A DNA stretch of 60,275 bases, the filler included, from Sphacelaria rigidula (lineage: Eukaryota), in the NCBI GenBank assembly GCA_964200075.2. It is 4 parts of 4 records of this genome, joined end to end, with 100 filler letters (N's around TTAATTAATTAA, not from the genome) between each part and the next. Parts side by side here need not be neighbours in the genome. Positions count along the whole stretch, not along the records: positions 1 to 14,996 come from CAXNAA020001956.1; 3 more parts are not named here. One strand, written 5' to 3'. The position numbers were made by a program, and so were the translations under genes. Below, one piece after another: positions 1 to 12,900 of this stretch (positions are counted from its first letter, which is position 1; every line of letters starts with the position of its first letter). The notes beneath the pieces are model-generated. The model was not told where the DNA came from. It saw only the letters and a program-made list of their open reading frames with translations, and did no database searches.

Positions 1-429
1 GTCCTTCGCTCGCCAGTAGCGTGGTGGCACTTCACCCCATGAGAACAGCAGAGGGCAGGGTTGCCGATGACAACTGTTGTACAGACAGGATAGTCTATGC
101 CGTATATTTGTCCGCAACAGTGTAATCGTATCGACCGCTGATGTTGAGTCGCAGAGGAGGCGGGTTCAGATTCGAGTATTTCCGCTTGTGCGATGAAGAT
201 TGTGAAGGCTTGTGCCGAGGTTTCCAGAAGATGGTCGGTCGATCCATGTACCCGCATGCTGGGTGTGTCGACTCGTGTTGGTTGAAATCGGCAGTGGCCA
301 AGAAGGCATCACAGGCGTTGGAGGTCCGTGAACCGTTTTGTGTGTGCACCGACTCAATGTTACACGGTTCGGACAAATCATCGCCGGTTCGAATGACTTG
401 CAAGGGTTCGACGAATGGACAATTCGTCC

Positions 430-600
430 GTAAAGTACTTGATTTTAGTGTTATCGATTCGTACCGGACGATCCATTCCCTAGCCTTCTTATTCAGCGTT
501 GCAACCCAGGCACGTGCAGCCGAGGAACGTGGAATGACGCGAAATACGCGTCGAATTTTTTTCCTCTTTCGAGCAACCAGGCCTGAGAGATCGTTGGTTC
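430..600 (+). repeat. Dispersed repeat shared with 52385-52570
   Basis: Colinear similarity including GATTCGTACC and TTCAGCGTTGCAACCC...GCAGCC..G.ACGTG.AATG. Confidence 0.65.
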
Positions 601-955
601 GCTAAATACTGTAGAAAAGATCCCGAGTTGGTGTTGAGATTTGAATACCAGCTAAAGAGTTCTATTTCAGTCATCACGTCAGGATACCAATATTTAGTGT
701 GTTTTTTTTGTGGCGGACTCCCTGTGAGATTATTCGTCTTTCACTGGGAGGGTGTAAAATCTGCCCAATCACCATCATTTTCACCACCGCGATGGAGGTG
801 GGTGAGCCCCAGATGGTCAACCTCGGGCTGTTGAAGGTATCCGGAGAGTAGAACGCCTGCCTCGAATCGCCTTGGCCCACCTTTACCATGGCTGGTGTAA
901 AGACACGTTTGCGGTGCTTCCGTCTCCTGTGTTTCTGCCTCTTGTGCTGCCTCAG

Positions 956-3900
956 GTGTTGCCCGGCACCCCCAACATGCAGTCGCCGTATGGAGCACCG
1001 TGGTATTCGGGAGATGTGAACGCCTATGCCGGGGCCATGTCGAACGGGGTGCGTATGAGGGAGCTTGACGGAGGATGAGGGAACGCATCGGAGATCCCAC
1101 GCAGTACAATCAGTACATGTAGCTTGGGTCGGCCACCTACATTTTTTCCTTTTCTCTTTTCCTGGAAAATCTTATCCTTTTTTTTTCCTTCTCCTTTGCC
1201 CGGATTCACCACATGTGGTGTCGGCTAGGTATCCAACTACGCCGGAGGGTTTGCAGCGAGCGAGACGGGCGTTCGTGACGCGGGCAGCAGGGGAGCAAAC
1301 GCCAACAAGGCGCATTACCCTAATCAGGTCGGAGCGCAGCCCGGACACCACCAGCCGCATCAACAACAGCAGCCGCATCAACCGCAACAACAGCCGCCGC
1401 AGCCGCAGCCGCAGCAGCCGCAGCAACGATCACCCGTCGACCAGTACGTCAGCGCGGCTGCTCGACAGCTTCAGGGGTACGACGCAGCACCGGACTACGG
1501 AAGGTAAAAGATACTTAGTGTTTCACATAGTTGGATTATTGCACACCCTTGGCAATATATGGTCGACAGATGCAATAGGCAAGAAGTGTACTGGGCAACG
1601 TATAAACCTATGGTAACTATCGTCGGCCGTCAACAGTTGGAATAGGTCTACGAGCTGGGCCAGCTTAAAAACAGACTTAACCCTTAGGCCGCGAGATTGG
1701 TCTTTCTGGATCATGCATACTTTTTTTCACTCGAAATTGATGCCGATTCAACGTAAGACTAACCTTGCGGTCTAAAGGTTGAGCTCTCAAAGCAATATCT
1801 TACCGACACAGACGAGTTGGGCCGTGATCCGCATATCGTATTAATCGTCTAACCAAGGGGAAGGTGCCCATCTGCTCAAAAATCGGGGCCTATTTTTTCT
1901 TGTCGAGCAAACCCCATGTAAAGTAATTTCTATACCCAGCGGAGATAGCCACCACGCGAAAATCTAAATGAAACCCCAAACGATCGATCAAGCGGATGAT
2001 GACAATTGTTGGTGTGGATCTTCCCTGGAGAACGGGGAGACGAGATAGACACTCACTTTCATTTTATTCGTTGTCTATCTCGAGAAATGGCGCACATATT
2101 TTCCACACTAAAATCAGTATATTACGAGCAGAAGCACTGGAATACCTAAATCTGGATATCGCGTCTCAGTTTTTGAGAGTTGTGCAATGAAATTTAGTAT
2201 GGAGAACTGCTAGTGCATCATGAACTAAAAAACACGGCTTTTTCGTTTTTTTCTCATCTTTTTTCGTTTTTTTCATTTTTTTTTTCATTTTTTTCGTGTT
2301 TTTAGGGGGGTTTTGAAGAGATATGAACATTGTTCTTGGGCCTTATATTATTTTTTTAGCTCAATTAATAGAATTATGATTTGAAACTTGGCATGGCGAA
2401 CGACAGAGGTGTGCTGAGTAAAAGAAGAATGTGTCTTGTTTTTTTTTTTCCACAAGAGGTTCGGGCGTTCTCGTGAAGAACTGATCGTTACTGTTCTAAA
2501 ACGCCATCGATCAGTGAAAGAAAATAGTAAGACCTAACCTCCCCCATTTTTGTTGGTTTATCACGACCTACCACCCGCACAAAGGTTTCAACCCACGAAC
2601 ACCAAACGTGGGCCGATGAACGACCTGCAAAATACTGTTCCGAACTTCTGCCGCCTCGGTTTTTCAATGGTACATTCGCAATTTTTTTCTTGGAGTTGGA
2701 AAGTAAAATTTGGTATGGACAATCAAGAGGGCATGAAGAAAAGCTGTCATTGAGGTCCCGGCGATGACCTTTTTCGTGAGTTTAGGGCGAAAATCAGTTT
2801 AGAGGTTTTGGTAATATGCCCTTAACTCGCGAAAAAAAAATCGTTGGGGCCTCACAGACAGCTTTTCTTCATGCCCTCTTGATTGTCCATACCAAATTTC
2901 ACTCTCTAACTCCAAGAAAAAAATTGCGAATTCGCCTGCAAAGTACAAATCCGCTTGTAGGCTGGCCCAGCCTGTTGACGTGATCCAGTACATATTTTGA
3001 CTGTTTCATCTGTTGACCATATACTGTCAAGGTTGTGGATTATTGACATGTCCCTGAGGGGGCGGACGGGACACTTTTGTCGAATGGTGGAATCTCTGGT
3101 GTTGTGAAATTTTCGTGTCGTGTTGTCAATTGTGTGCTGAGGCACGGTAAGGCGGGCGGGAGGATGGGAGGACAGGGAGGGGGATGTACTCATGATCATG
3201 CATGCCATAGTCATTAGACCATTGAGTTCATATCCCTGCAAAGCTGGGATGGAGCACCCCCGGTTTTCGCCGAAACCAGGCTCGCAATCGATCACCAAGC
3301 GCGAAGCGCCGTGGTGTGTTCGGCGAGTCGCATGAAGGGTGAGCTGTATCGTGTCATGATTTTTCGGCCCGAAGCCTATTGATTATCGTGCATCCGGATG
3401 ACAGCCTCGAATATGTTTTTTCATTTTCTGGCATGACCACTTCCAGAGACAGCCACGGCTAACACATCTCCTGTGTGGCGGAAGGGGTGTACTCATGATC
3501 ATGCATGTCATAGTCATGATGAGGCGGGAGGGGTGGGGGGGGAAGGAGGGGAGGTGGTAAGTACAGTAAAGAATAAAGGATACCAGCGCCAGACTTTTTT
3601 TCGGAATAAAATATCCAGCTGATGTTCAATATTGTCAACTCCGACTCCTCTGCAATAGCTGAGCAGCTTTTATTCCGCGGGAGGTGTAAAGCAGTACGTG
3701 CGGTCCTATATTTATCATTGAAACGCGGCTCCTTTTTTCCCCTGCCTATGCCTAATAAATTTATCTTTATCTCTTCCTTGGCATGTATCCCGTCAACAGG
3801 CAAACCGCATATCCGATTCCGAACGTTGGCGCCGCGGGCGCGTATGGCGCTATGCTTGGCTACGGCACTTACGGCATGGTCGCCAGCCCGAAGGTAACCG

Positions 3901-6900
3901 GCCAGCGGGTGGCCCACGCACCCTCACGGACAAGGGGGGAGGCGGGTGTGGGATGGCGGATAGGTGGCTCGGGGCAGAGTCAGCAGGAACGATTGAGGAG
4001 CTAGTTTCGCTGTGGCGTCTTGTGCGAGCTTGCTAAGTGCCCTTGGTGCAGTCATGACCCAGATCTCGGATCTCTCGCCACAGTATCTCACATATGCACA
4101 ATAGATGATGACATGCGTCAAGAAAATTGAAAATGGCGTACAGTTTTTTTAGGTCGATCATCTCCTTCTGTTCGACTTTTTCTGTTTATTTTTTCCCTGG
4201 GCTAATTTTTCAGTTTTACTTCCATGAGTACGTCAATCTCGCGACCACGGCTGGACCCCTAGAGAGTCAGCTGAAGCGCGACAATCAATTAATCAAATAG
4301 TGTAGAATCTAGTGTATGGAGCGATAGATGCAGTAGTCGATGTTGTACGGGGTACGCTTTTCTGGAAAAGTAATTCGATATCATTATCCAAAGTGTGCCA
4401 GTTTTGTTCGGATCCTGAGGTCAATGCCGATTCTTTTCTGTGATTGCCGTAGTGTGAGTGTTTTTGCTCGAACGTATTGTATATCTTAACTCTGGGTCGT
4501 CGTGGCAGTATGTACTCATGGAGCACTGGTCGCATGCGATATTGGCGTTACCGAGATAGGGAAACGTTGGCCCCTTATTTTCGTGGGTCGAAGTCCTCTG
4601 TAGACATCACCCGACCTGTGCCCTGTAGGTGGAGAGCACGTTGTGTTCTGTCCCTCTTATGCATGGCATACCCGAGTATCTAAGGACAAACTCGATTCCA
4701 GGAGGGGGAGGCAAATGAAACCGATGGTCTCGTCCCTTGATGTACTTTGCGCAAACCAATCTCGCACCTGAACGTTCGCTGTATGAATTTTGATTTTATC
4801 TTCAGCTGGACACTAGTTCGCGAGAACGAAGGAGGGGTAGGGGTCGCTCTGGCAGCGTGACTAGCTCTACCCCGGGCTTCGGAGGACCCGACCCCCAGAG
4901 GGAATCTGAGCTGTCAGTGGCGACGGAGAACCTCACCCTCGAGGAGATAGATGGTAATGTGTTCCGCATGAGTAAAGATCAGGTCAGTGGCTGGGTTTGA
5001 CTGTTTCTCACTTTTTTTTTCTTTTCTCTGTGTATGGGTTGCTGTGAGTGCCCGTTTTGTGTGGAATTGCGTGTATACCTCCGATCGTTGCCGGTCGCCC
5101 CTGGGGCTCAGTCGGTGACCTCAAAACCATCTGACGGTTGGGTCGTAAAATAAATTATCGGAGCGATCTGGGATTTTTTATCGCCATGTCTAACACTGGA
5201 GAGCGACTATGTCGTGGGTACACGAAATTCTCTCAACGGTCGACGAGAAAAATATACTGCTGGACGCCTCTGGCGATGAAAAATAAAGCAAGCACCGCAG
5301 GAGGAAGGTGGGGTACAAAATAAAATAAAATTAAAAGCTCCAGTGTTGACCTTTCTTCCGTGTGACCCCGGCTGGTGCGCCCACCTATACCGAAAGGTGT
5401 AGCCCGGCGCCCGAAAATAAAGACAGTTGTCAGCGTCAGAAGTATACAAAATCCGTAATATCTTAGTTTTTCAAAGATTGTCCAAATATGTTTTGCTTAC
5501 CACCGCTCATGACGGTGACCGTTGGATGCCAAGAAATGGGCATCCGGAGATATTTCAATCCTCTTGACNNNNNNNNNCGATCAATCATGAGCGACTTACG
5601 GGCTTGACCGATCTCCGGGGGTCCTGCGAAAATACGATCCCAGGGTCTAGCTTTTCGGTGTTTTCGGTGGACCGACTCGATCCGGATGAAATAAGTGAAG
5701 ACTAAAGAAGGATCGTTTTTTCAAACTCCATCTAGTCACTGCGCTGAAGCAGGAAAACCATGTTTCTTGAACCATTTACGGTCAATAACACCCTCCTGGT
5801 AAACGGGGTCTTTACCCGGTATCGCCCCCAATAACAACTTGGGCGATTGTGATTTGCGCACGGTTCGCTTATTCTGCCAAAACTATCGACGCTAGCACTT
5901 TCGAGTGCTCATGGAAGATATTCTGCGGAAAACCCCCGAAAATAGGCCATCCGCAGCAAATTCTAGACAGGTCTTTGCAGTATAGGAGGGAAACACGATC
6001 TCAATCGTTCTTGTGGAGAATTTCAAGCATATTAATTTATCTGAATATTTTCCGTTTCGTCGCTGAAGAGCGGGAAAACTGCTTATATTGGACCAAAAAC
6101 GATCAATAACACCCTCCTGATGAACGGGGTATCAAATCCGTATTGCCCCAAAAACACCAACGTGAGCACTGCAGTTTGAGCGCGGCCTACGCTTTCTCCC
6201 TCACTCTACTGGCGCTAGCTCTTTCAGGTGGTATTGAAAAACGTTACTCCAGAAAAACTCAGAAAAAAGGACAACTACGATTTCTGAAAACTTCACGCTG
6301 ACTACTATAGGACAACACTCAGCAAACACCCCTCCCTTTATCCGGTTTTGTAGCGCTAGCTACAAGTGGCGTGTTTCTGTGCATATGTGCGTGTCTGGGT
6401 GTGGATTTTCGGTTGTCGACGTGTATGCACCGTTGTGTGTGGTTTTGTTGTGGACTCGCGAGCGTATCTCCCGTTCAATTATGTTCTATATTCTGTATAT
6501 ACTAGTGCGAAGCTGCGGCTACGCCCGTTCGAGGCAGCTTCACGCGGTGTGTACATCGCCCTCACTAGTAAGGGGCGGAAAACGTGGCAAGACAGATGCT
6601 GCCTATGTTGAACGATGACACACACATGTTGTTCAGTGCGGTTTTATCCAATCGCTCACGGCCGAAGGGTAGGCCAGTTGACAAATATCGTGCTCTGCGC
6701 GGACTCGAAACATGGACAGTGTTTCACAACCTCACAAGGAACGAGAATATTGTCCGTCTCATGAAAAAACTAGTATAAAGTCAACGCCCGATATAAGGCG
6801 AATGTCCAGGAGGTACTTGTGTTTCTTTCTTCGCGGAGCCTTGTTCGATGGCTGGTTCAGGAGAAAAAAAATTGCGTGGCATGCAAGAGCAAGTGTAGAT

Positions 6901-9900
6901 GCTGGCATGATCATCAGAAACGCATCGATCAGATTGGCACAGAGGTAAATAACGCTTGTACGTCGAAACGACAGCGCATCTTGCATCTCATCTCATCTCA
7001 TCGTTTTTGCCTGCTGTGCGGTGCCGGGGACGCATCGATTCACTCTTCGTTTGTCGCTGCGCGTGTGCTGTGGGGGGGGGTTTCGGAACAGATCGGGTGC
7101 CGACTGCTGCAACTCAAGCTTGATCAGGGCGATCCAGTATTCGTCAACAAGATCTGTGGCGAAGCCCAGCCGTACCTGGCGGAGATGATGAAGGTACGTA
7201 TTGTCATGAAGTATCTGTCTATGCTGTGCGTTACTCGTAGGGAGGTTTTTCATGCAGCGGTGAGAGTGTCAAGCAAGATCGGTCAGGCTAATACTCCACA
7301 GCAGCCGTATGCTGGGGTCTAGGCTTCGTACGATGAAGTTGAAATGAGTATGTGCAAAGGGGATCACCCTAGATACCGCCAGTGTTTCGACCGCGGGTAC
7401 TTCCTCGTCAAACTCGGAAAGAGGGTATCATCCATCGTAGATCAAGGCCGCGGAGTTTGAACGCGGATCCAGAGCGTAACATTTGTCGATTCATCGAGTA
7501 TCGAACTATGGTATACATCGCTCGAAGTGGTACAATGTAAGGGTCATGGATCGTTTTTTTTTACGGGTGTCTGACGTACGAACTGGGGTAGTAGATGAAA
7601 CGACTCAGCATGATATATTTTTGCCAAGTAGGATGAATGTTCCAGTAGAGTTTACCCCTTGGCAGGATGGAACTTTATCGGAATTTTGTCACTAACGGAG
7701 TGTGAAATACGGTTTTCATATTTTTGGTGGGGCTGATAGTCACAAGTGCTACCAGCTACTTGGCCTAGGGAATACTCTGCACCCACGTAGCCCCGCCCGC
7801 GGGTCCTCAAAATGCCTTGAGTTGGGGTTGAGGGTTAGGGTTGGTTCGAGATGATACATTTCAGGTTGCCGATTCTTTTACGCTCTTGCGTTTTTATGTT
7901 GCGGTAATCATGGTGGGTGATTTCGAGCCTGGTCTGGCGAAACCCGGAGTGCTCCATCCCGCCTTTTTTGTAGGAAGTCGAAGTCAACGGTCATACGACT
8001 GCGGCATGCAAGATCATGACTATCCCCCCCCGCGCGCCCCTTGTCGCCACCTTCGATTGTGTGGTTGCTTTTCTGTACTGAATTGTTCATTTTGTTTTGG
8101 CACAGGATCCTTTCGGGAACTATCTTTTCCAAAAGATCGCGGATAAGGTGGATGAGGCCGGGCGTACGGAGCTGGTCAACAAGGTTTGTTGTCTTTCTTT
8201 TCTTCTCAACTGTTTCAAGAAAAGCATGTTCTGGGACAATCAGATCGTTGGGATGACGGATCCGTGCTGTACCGAGAAACGTCAAAAATATCATGTAGCA
8301 TGCCCTAGTGTGATTTGTTTTGCCTATCAGACCTTTTGTCGTCGTCCCGAAGGACTGCTGTTTTTTTTTCGCAGGGGTTTCAAAGGAATATTGTCGGGAG
8401 GCCAATGAACGATAAGTTCCATGCGTGGATCTCTTCCCGTTATGGCGCCTTGTTGAAGGTATAGATAAGCATAACCCTATATTCTTGCCCTGATTGGCGA
8501 TGCTGTACCGCTGCTGACAAACCTTCAGTGATGTTATGCGGATATTCGACGCGCATTTTTCGATGTACACATTCTTTGAGGGTCATCACATGTACACCTA
8601 TTAATAGGTCCTCGCGTCATTTTCTATCATACGTGAATAATGACGCCCTTTCAACACACGAGGATCATCGCCCATTATTGACTCGTTGATTTTGTCATCT
8701 GATTCAGTCAAACACTCGAAAACAATCGAACTTTGTCCTGAGCAGGTGGCGGGTGAAATGGTGGAGGCGGGTATGAACCTTCACGGTACACGATCCGTAC
8801 AGAAGGTCATCGAGGTTTGCAGGAATACTCCTTCGCAGGTTGGTGCTGTGCTGTGCTGTGCTTTCATCGTAGCACATGTACTGCCTTTTCTCTTGTCTCT
8901 TCTTGTTTCATTTCGATCACTTCCGAGAGCATATGGACCTCACTCTGGGTGTATTCAAGGTTGCTTTTTATTTGGGTATACCGTCTAAAAATCCGGCATG
9001 TACAAGAGCATGGAAAAGTCACGCGCTATTACGGAGTGAGGAGGTGTTCACAAGTCTGTTGGACGATCTAACAAACTCGCAGTGCGCTGATTGGATAAAA
9101 ACGATGTCAAGCAGTATGACTGAGCGTTATCTATCGGTAGTAGCACGCGCATTCGAACAACCGTTGCTGCCTTCATTAACGATTTGGAAAGAAGGTTCGT
9201 GTAGAAATACCCTAAACTAACCCTCCCCACCCACCCACCCTTCCGTAGCGTGACTCGAAATATGTATTCCGTCCGAAAATATCCTTGGAACCGAAGCGGA
9301 GTGTTCGGAACGATTACGTACGAAACCACACCGAAATATTTGGTGAATATTACAGTATGGCGTGGTGTGCCACCCTACCATCTCCGACTTCGAGGTATAC
9401 GTACGCTACAGAACACAACCCCTGTCATTGTCATCGTCGGAGTTTTTGTGTTTTGTTTTGTTTCATCTCGTGTGCGTGTGTTTCGCATACTAGTCGTGAT
9501 GAAATTTCGTTGTCCATCGTGCGTGTTTTGTGTGTTTCAAGCGGCGGATTTGACGCAACTTCATCCTCGTACTACCATCGGAGTGACATTTTGGATTCAT
9601 GTCTACAGGCGTGTTTCTTGGACCATCTTTTTCGAACATCATGTTTTCATTGAAAAGTGCGATGGCGAGAGAAATCTCGATCTGATGAGTCGTGGTTTCA
9701 GCTGTACGTCATTTCTGTTGGCATTCAAGACTTTCGGGAAAATACTTTTGTCATTTTCAGAGGGCAAATATCCCATAATCAGACGTAACGAAAAGTTTTG
9801 AACCCCTCTGTCAAATGTGGTATTCCCGTATTTTTTGTCAAATAGTTGTTGCATTTTATTCTGCACTTTGATCCTGAGATATTTGCACTTTGGAATGACG

Positions 9901-12900
9901 GAAAAGAAGTGTTTCCCGAATCATGACTGATCAAATTGGATTTTTTTTTCACCGCACTTTATCGATAGAAGACATAATAGAAGCCAAGATACAACCTGAG
10001 ACACGGCCTCACTGTAGCTATTCCTAATCCCCACCGAAGACATTTCGGAAACCTCCGGGCGGAGGGTGCGCATAGGGTGTCCCAGCGGCGCACGATGGGA
10101 ACGATCGGAACCGTCCGCCTTTTGGATGACCTGGAGCTGATTGTCCTGCATTGGAATCATGCATTGTTAACCCTCAGCCGTTGGACCGCGAGGGTAGGTC
10201 ACCTACTGAATCGGCATCACTTTTACGTGGGAAAAATCCATGAGCCAGATAGACCACCCGCGTCGCGGTACATGGATCAGTAGACTTCACCACTCGGAGG
10301 TGCAGTATTGGATTTTAGTGTAGACACCAAAATCCGGACCTTCGAAGGGGGTTGCGCTCCCGGCGTGCTCCTTGCGTGTGCGCAAAACGCGTCTTTGTCT
10401 AAATCGACTGGGGCGCCGATTTGAGGTTTGGAACCGCACACTTTGCCTAGCGTACACGTTGCACCCCCCTTACATCAGGGTTCTCGGTATGTTTTGTTCG
10501 GGACTGGGGTTGGGGTTTTTCGAAATGCATCAGCACCTGCACAAACTATGAATATCCGAGAAATATCTGTCCACTACCAAGTGGCAAAGTCACCTCCAAG
10601 TAGTGGTGAAGTTATCTCTCCCTTCGATCGCGCCAGGGTGGGTCACCTGCAGAATCGGCATCAATTTCACTTTTCATGTGTTTCCTCACACTTTGAACCC
10701 CTCCCCTTCTTCGGGATGAGTCCGTGGTCTCAAGGGATCAGCCCATCTCCCCCCCGGTACGTGCCTTTCATTTTGATCTCGCGGATTGGATCAGCACTCC
10801 CGCACCGCGTCAACTCACGTCACACAAACCCAGTCGACTACTTTTGTTTACACACGTTCTCACGCTTTCCACGGTGGAAATCATACATGACGAAAAAACC
10901 CAACGCATCGGGAATCGAACCCCCATTCTCTCCACCCTGATAGCGACAGTCGGACCATTACACCACCGGGGTGCGGCAAACTTGACAAAAGTATTTGAAA
11001 TACAGATAGACTACCCGAGTCCCGGTTTGAAACCCTGTGCACAGATGCACAAGAACGTCAGTCACATGCTTGTAGAAATGTACTACTTCACGTAATAGTA
11101 CATTTCATACGGGCCAGGTCGCTATTTGAGGTGACGTGTGCAGTTCTGATTGATACTGATTGGCTCATTTAGGCTTAATTTTTTCTGTAGACAAGCGTCG
11201 ATGCACACTTGCCCGATGTGTAGTGCTCTGAATCGATCATTCTTCACCCCCGTAGGTATCAGTTACAGGTACATACGTCGTCGTCTTGAGCCCTGCCAAC
11301 TTACCGCCAACTGCCACCCCACGCTTGCCGAACGTTCTGCGAATATCTTGGGGTGACTGTAACGAGTCAACAAGAACCGACTCTCGACCAACTCTCGTGA
11401 GCTAAGGTATCCTGAGTGTGTACCAGGAATCCTGTAAACTTGCGCCCGTGCGATGATTTAGGGTTGTTATATCCTATCACACAAATGACAGTTTTCCCAT
11501 GGACATTACAGGACGACCGACAACACTAGAACTTGACGCGTGATTTCCTGCAGTATCGCCATCTTTTCAAATTGTTTTGTCGACCTGTGATTCATGTGCC
11601 ATATTTCTTGTCTTCCACGTTTTTTATACTTCGTGAATATCAGGTGGCTCTTGTGGTCGCCGCTCTCCGGGACGCGACCGTTACTCTTTGCCTTGACACG
11701 AACGGCAATCACGTGGTGCAGCGCCTACTCCAGCACCTCGCCCCATCGGCTAACGGTTTCGTATTCGAGGTACAGTCGGAGTATAGTGTGTTGTGTGGTT
11801 ACATCAATGTTTGATTTTATTCATGGTGAGCGAGTACAGTGTCCGTACGCTGAAGACCAACCTCTCGGAGAGTACCTACCCCCCGGGTTATACTCTTCCC
11901 GTTTTTTTTTGTCGAATATCATGTTGTCCTGCATCGGATTTCTTTGCGCACTGCCCACTGTTGAATCGCCGCGAATTTCTCTCAGGGAGTGAAGGTCTGA
12001 ATTTTGGTGTCTTCTCCACGAGTGGCGTTCGTTGTGCTGCTCTTTCACTTCGTGGTTTATGTTGAGCCAAATGATCGGCATGTTTTTTTTTCGGAACGTG
12101 AAAAACTGGCTTCTCGCTTGATTTTCTTCATCCTCATGCTGTCGCTTGGAATAAATATATCACCAGCTGTCTTTTTTTCTTGTTCTGTTCAGATGCTGGC
12201 CGAGGCGTGCGTGCCGGTGGCGACCCATCGCCATGGTTGCTGCGTCCTGCAGAGGGCCATGGACGCGGCGACGAAGGAGCAATCCAGGATGCTCGTGGCG
12301 CAAGTTTGCATAAATGCTCTCCAGCTCATGCAGGTGGGTCTATGTTTGTGTTGACCAAGCTACCGATCCATCGGTCCCTCTTCTCATACCAAATCGATGA
12401 CGTGCGGAGCTTCGGCGTATGTTCGTTTTACGGGTGCATCTTTGTCGTTTGACTTCCTGCTTTCCTTCGTTGGCCAGCCGTCATACTTTATCCACCGTCT
12501 CTCCTTCCGTATTGTGTCTGGATTCCTCGTCTTGTTGCTTTACTATCTGCTGTACTGTCTCATGGATGCCTGTGCCCATGTTCATTCCCGAAGACTCGTC
12601 CGCCGTGGACTGTCGACACCGATATTAGTGTACGGCCCCCGGCCCAAATGTTGGAGGTACTAGTGTCTCGAACAGGAGTAGGAACGGTGCGTGTTCGAAA
12701 ACAATGCGTGGTCAACAGTCGACTGACCAAGGCAATAAACAAAAATGTACGCCTCTCCCCCAACGCCTTTCGTTTTGTTTTACTTTCGCTCGAGACGGCT
12801 ATGATCTCCGCCACTTTTGGTTGGCTCACCGCTGAGCTGATTATGTTTCCTCGTTTTTTTCATCTTTTTCGTTTAACTTCTGACAGGACCCGTACGGAAA

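Noticed and set aside
1065-1616. 183-aa R/S-rich ORF
   Set aside because: Alternative frame of the Q/P-rich Pumilio exon 1229-1503.
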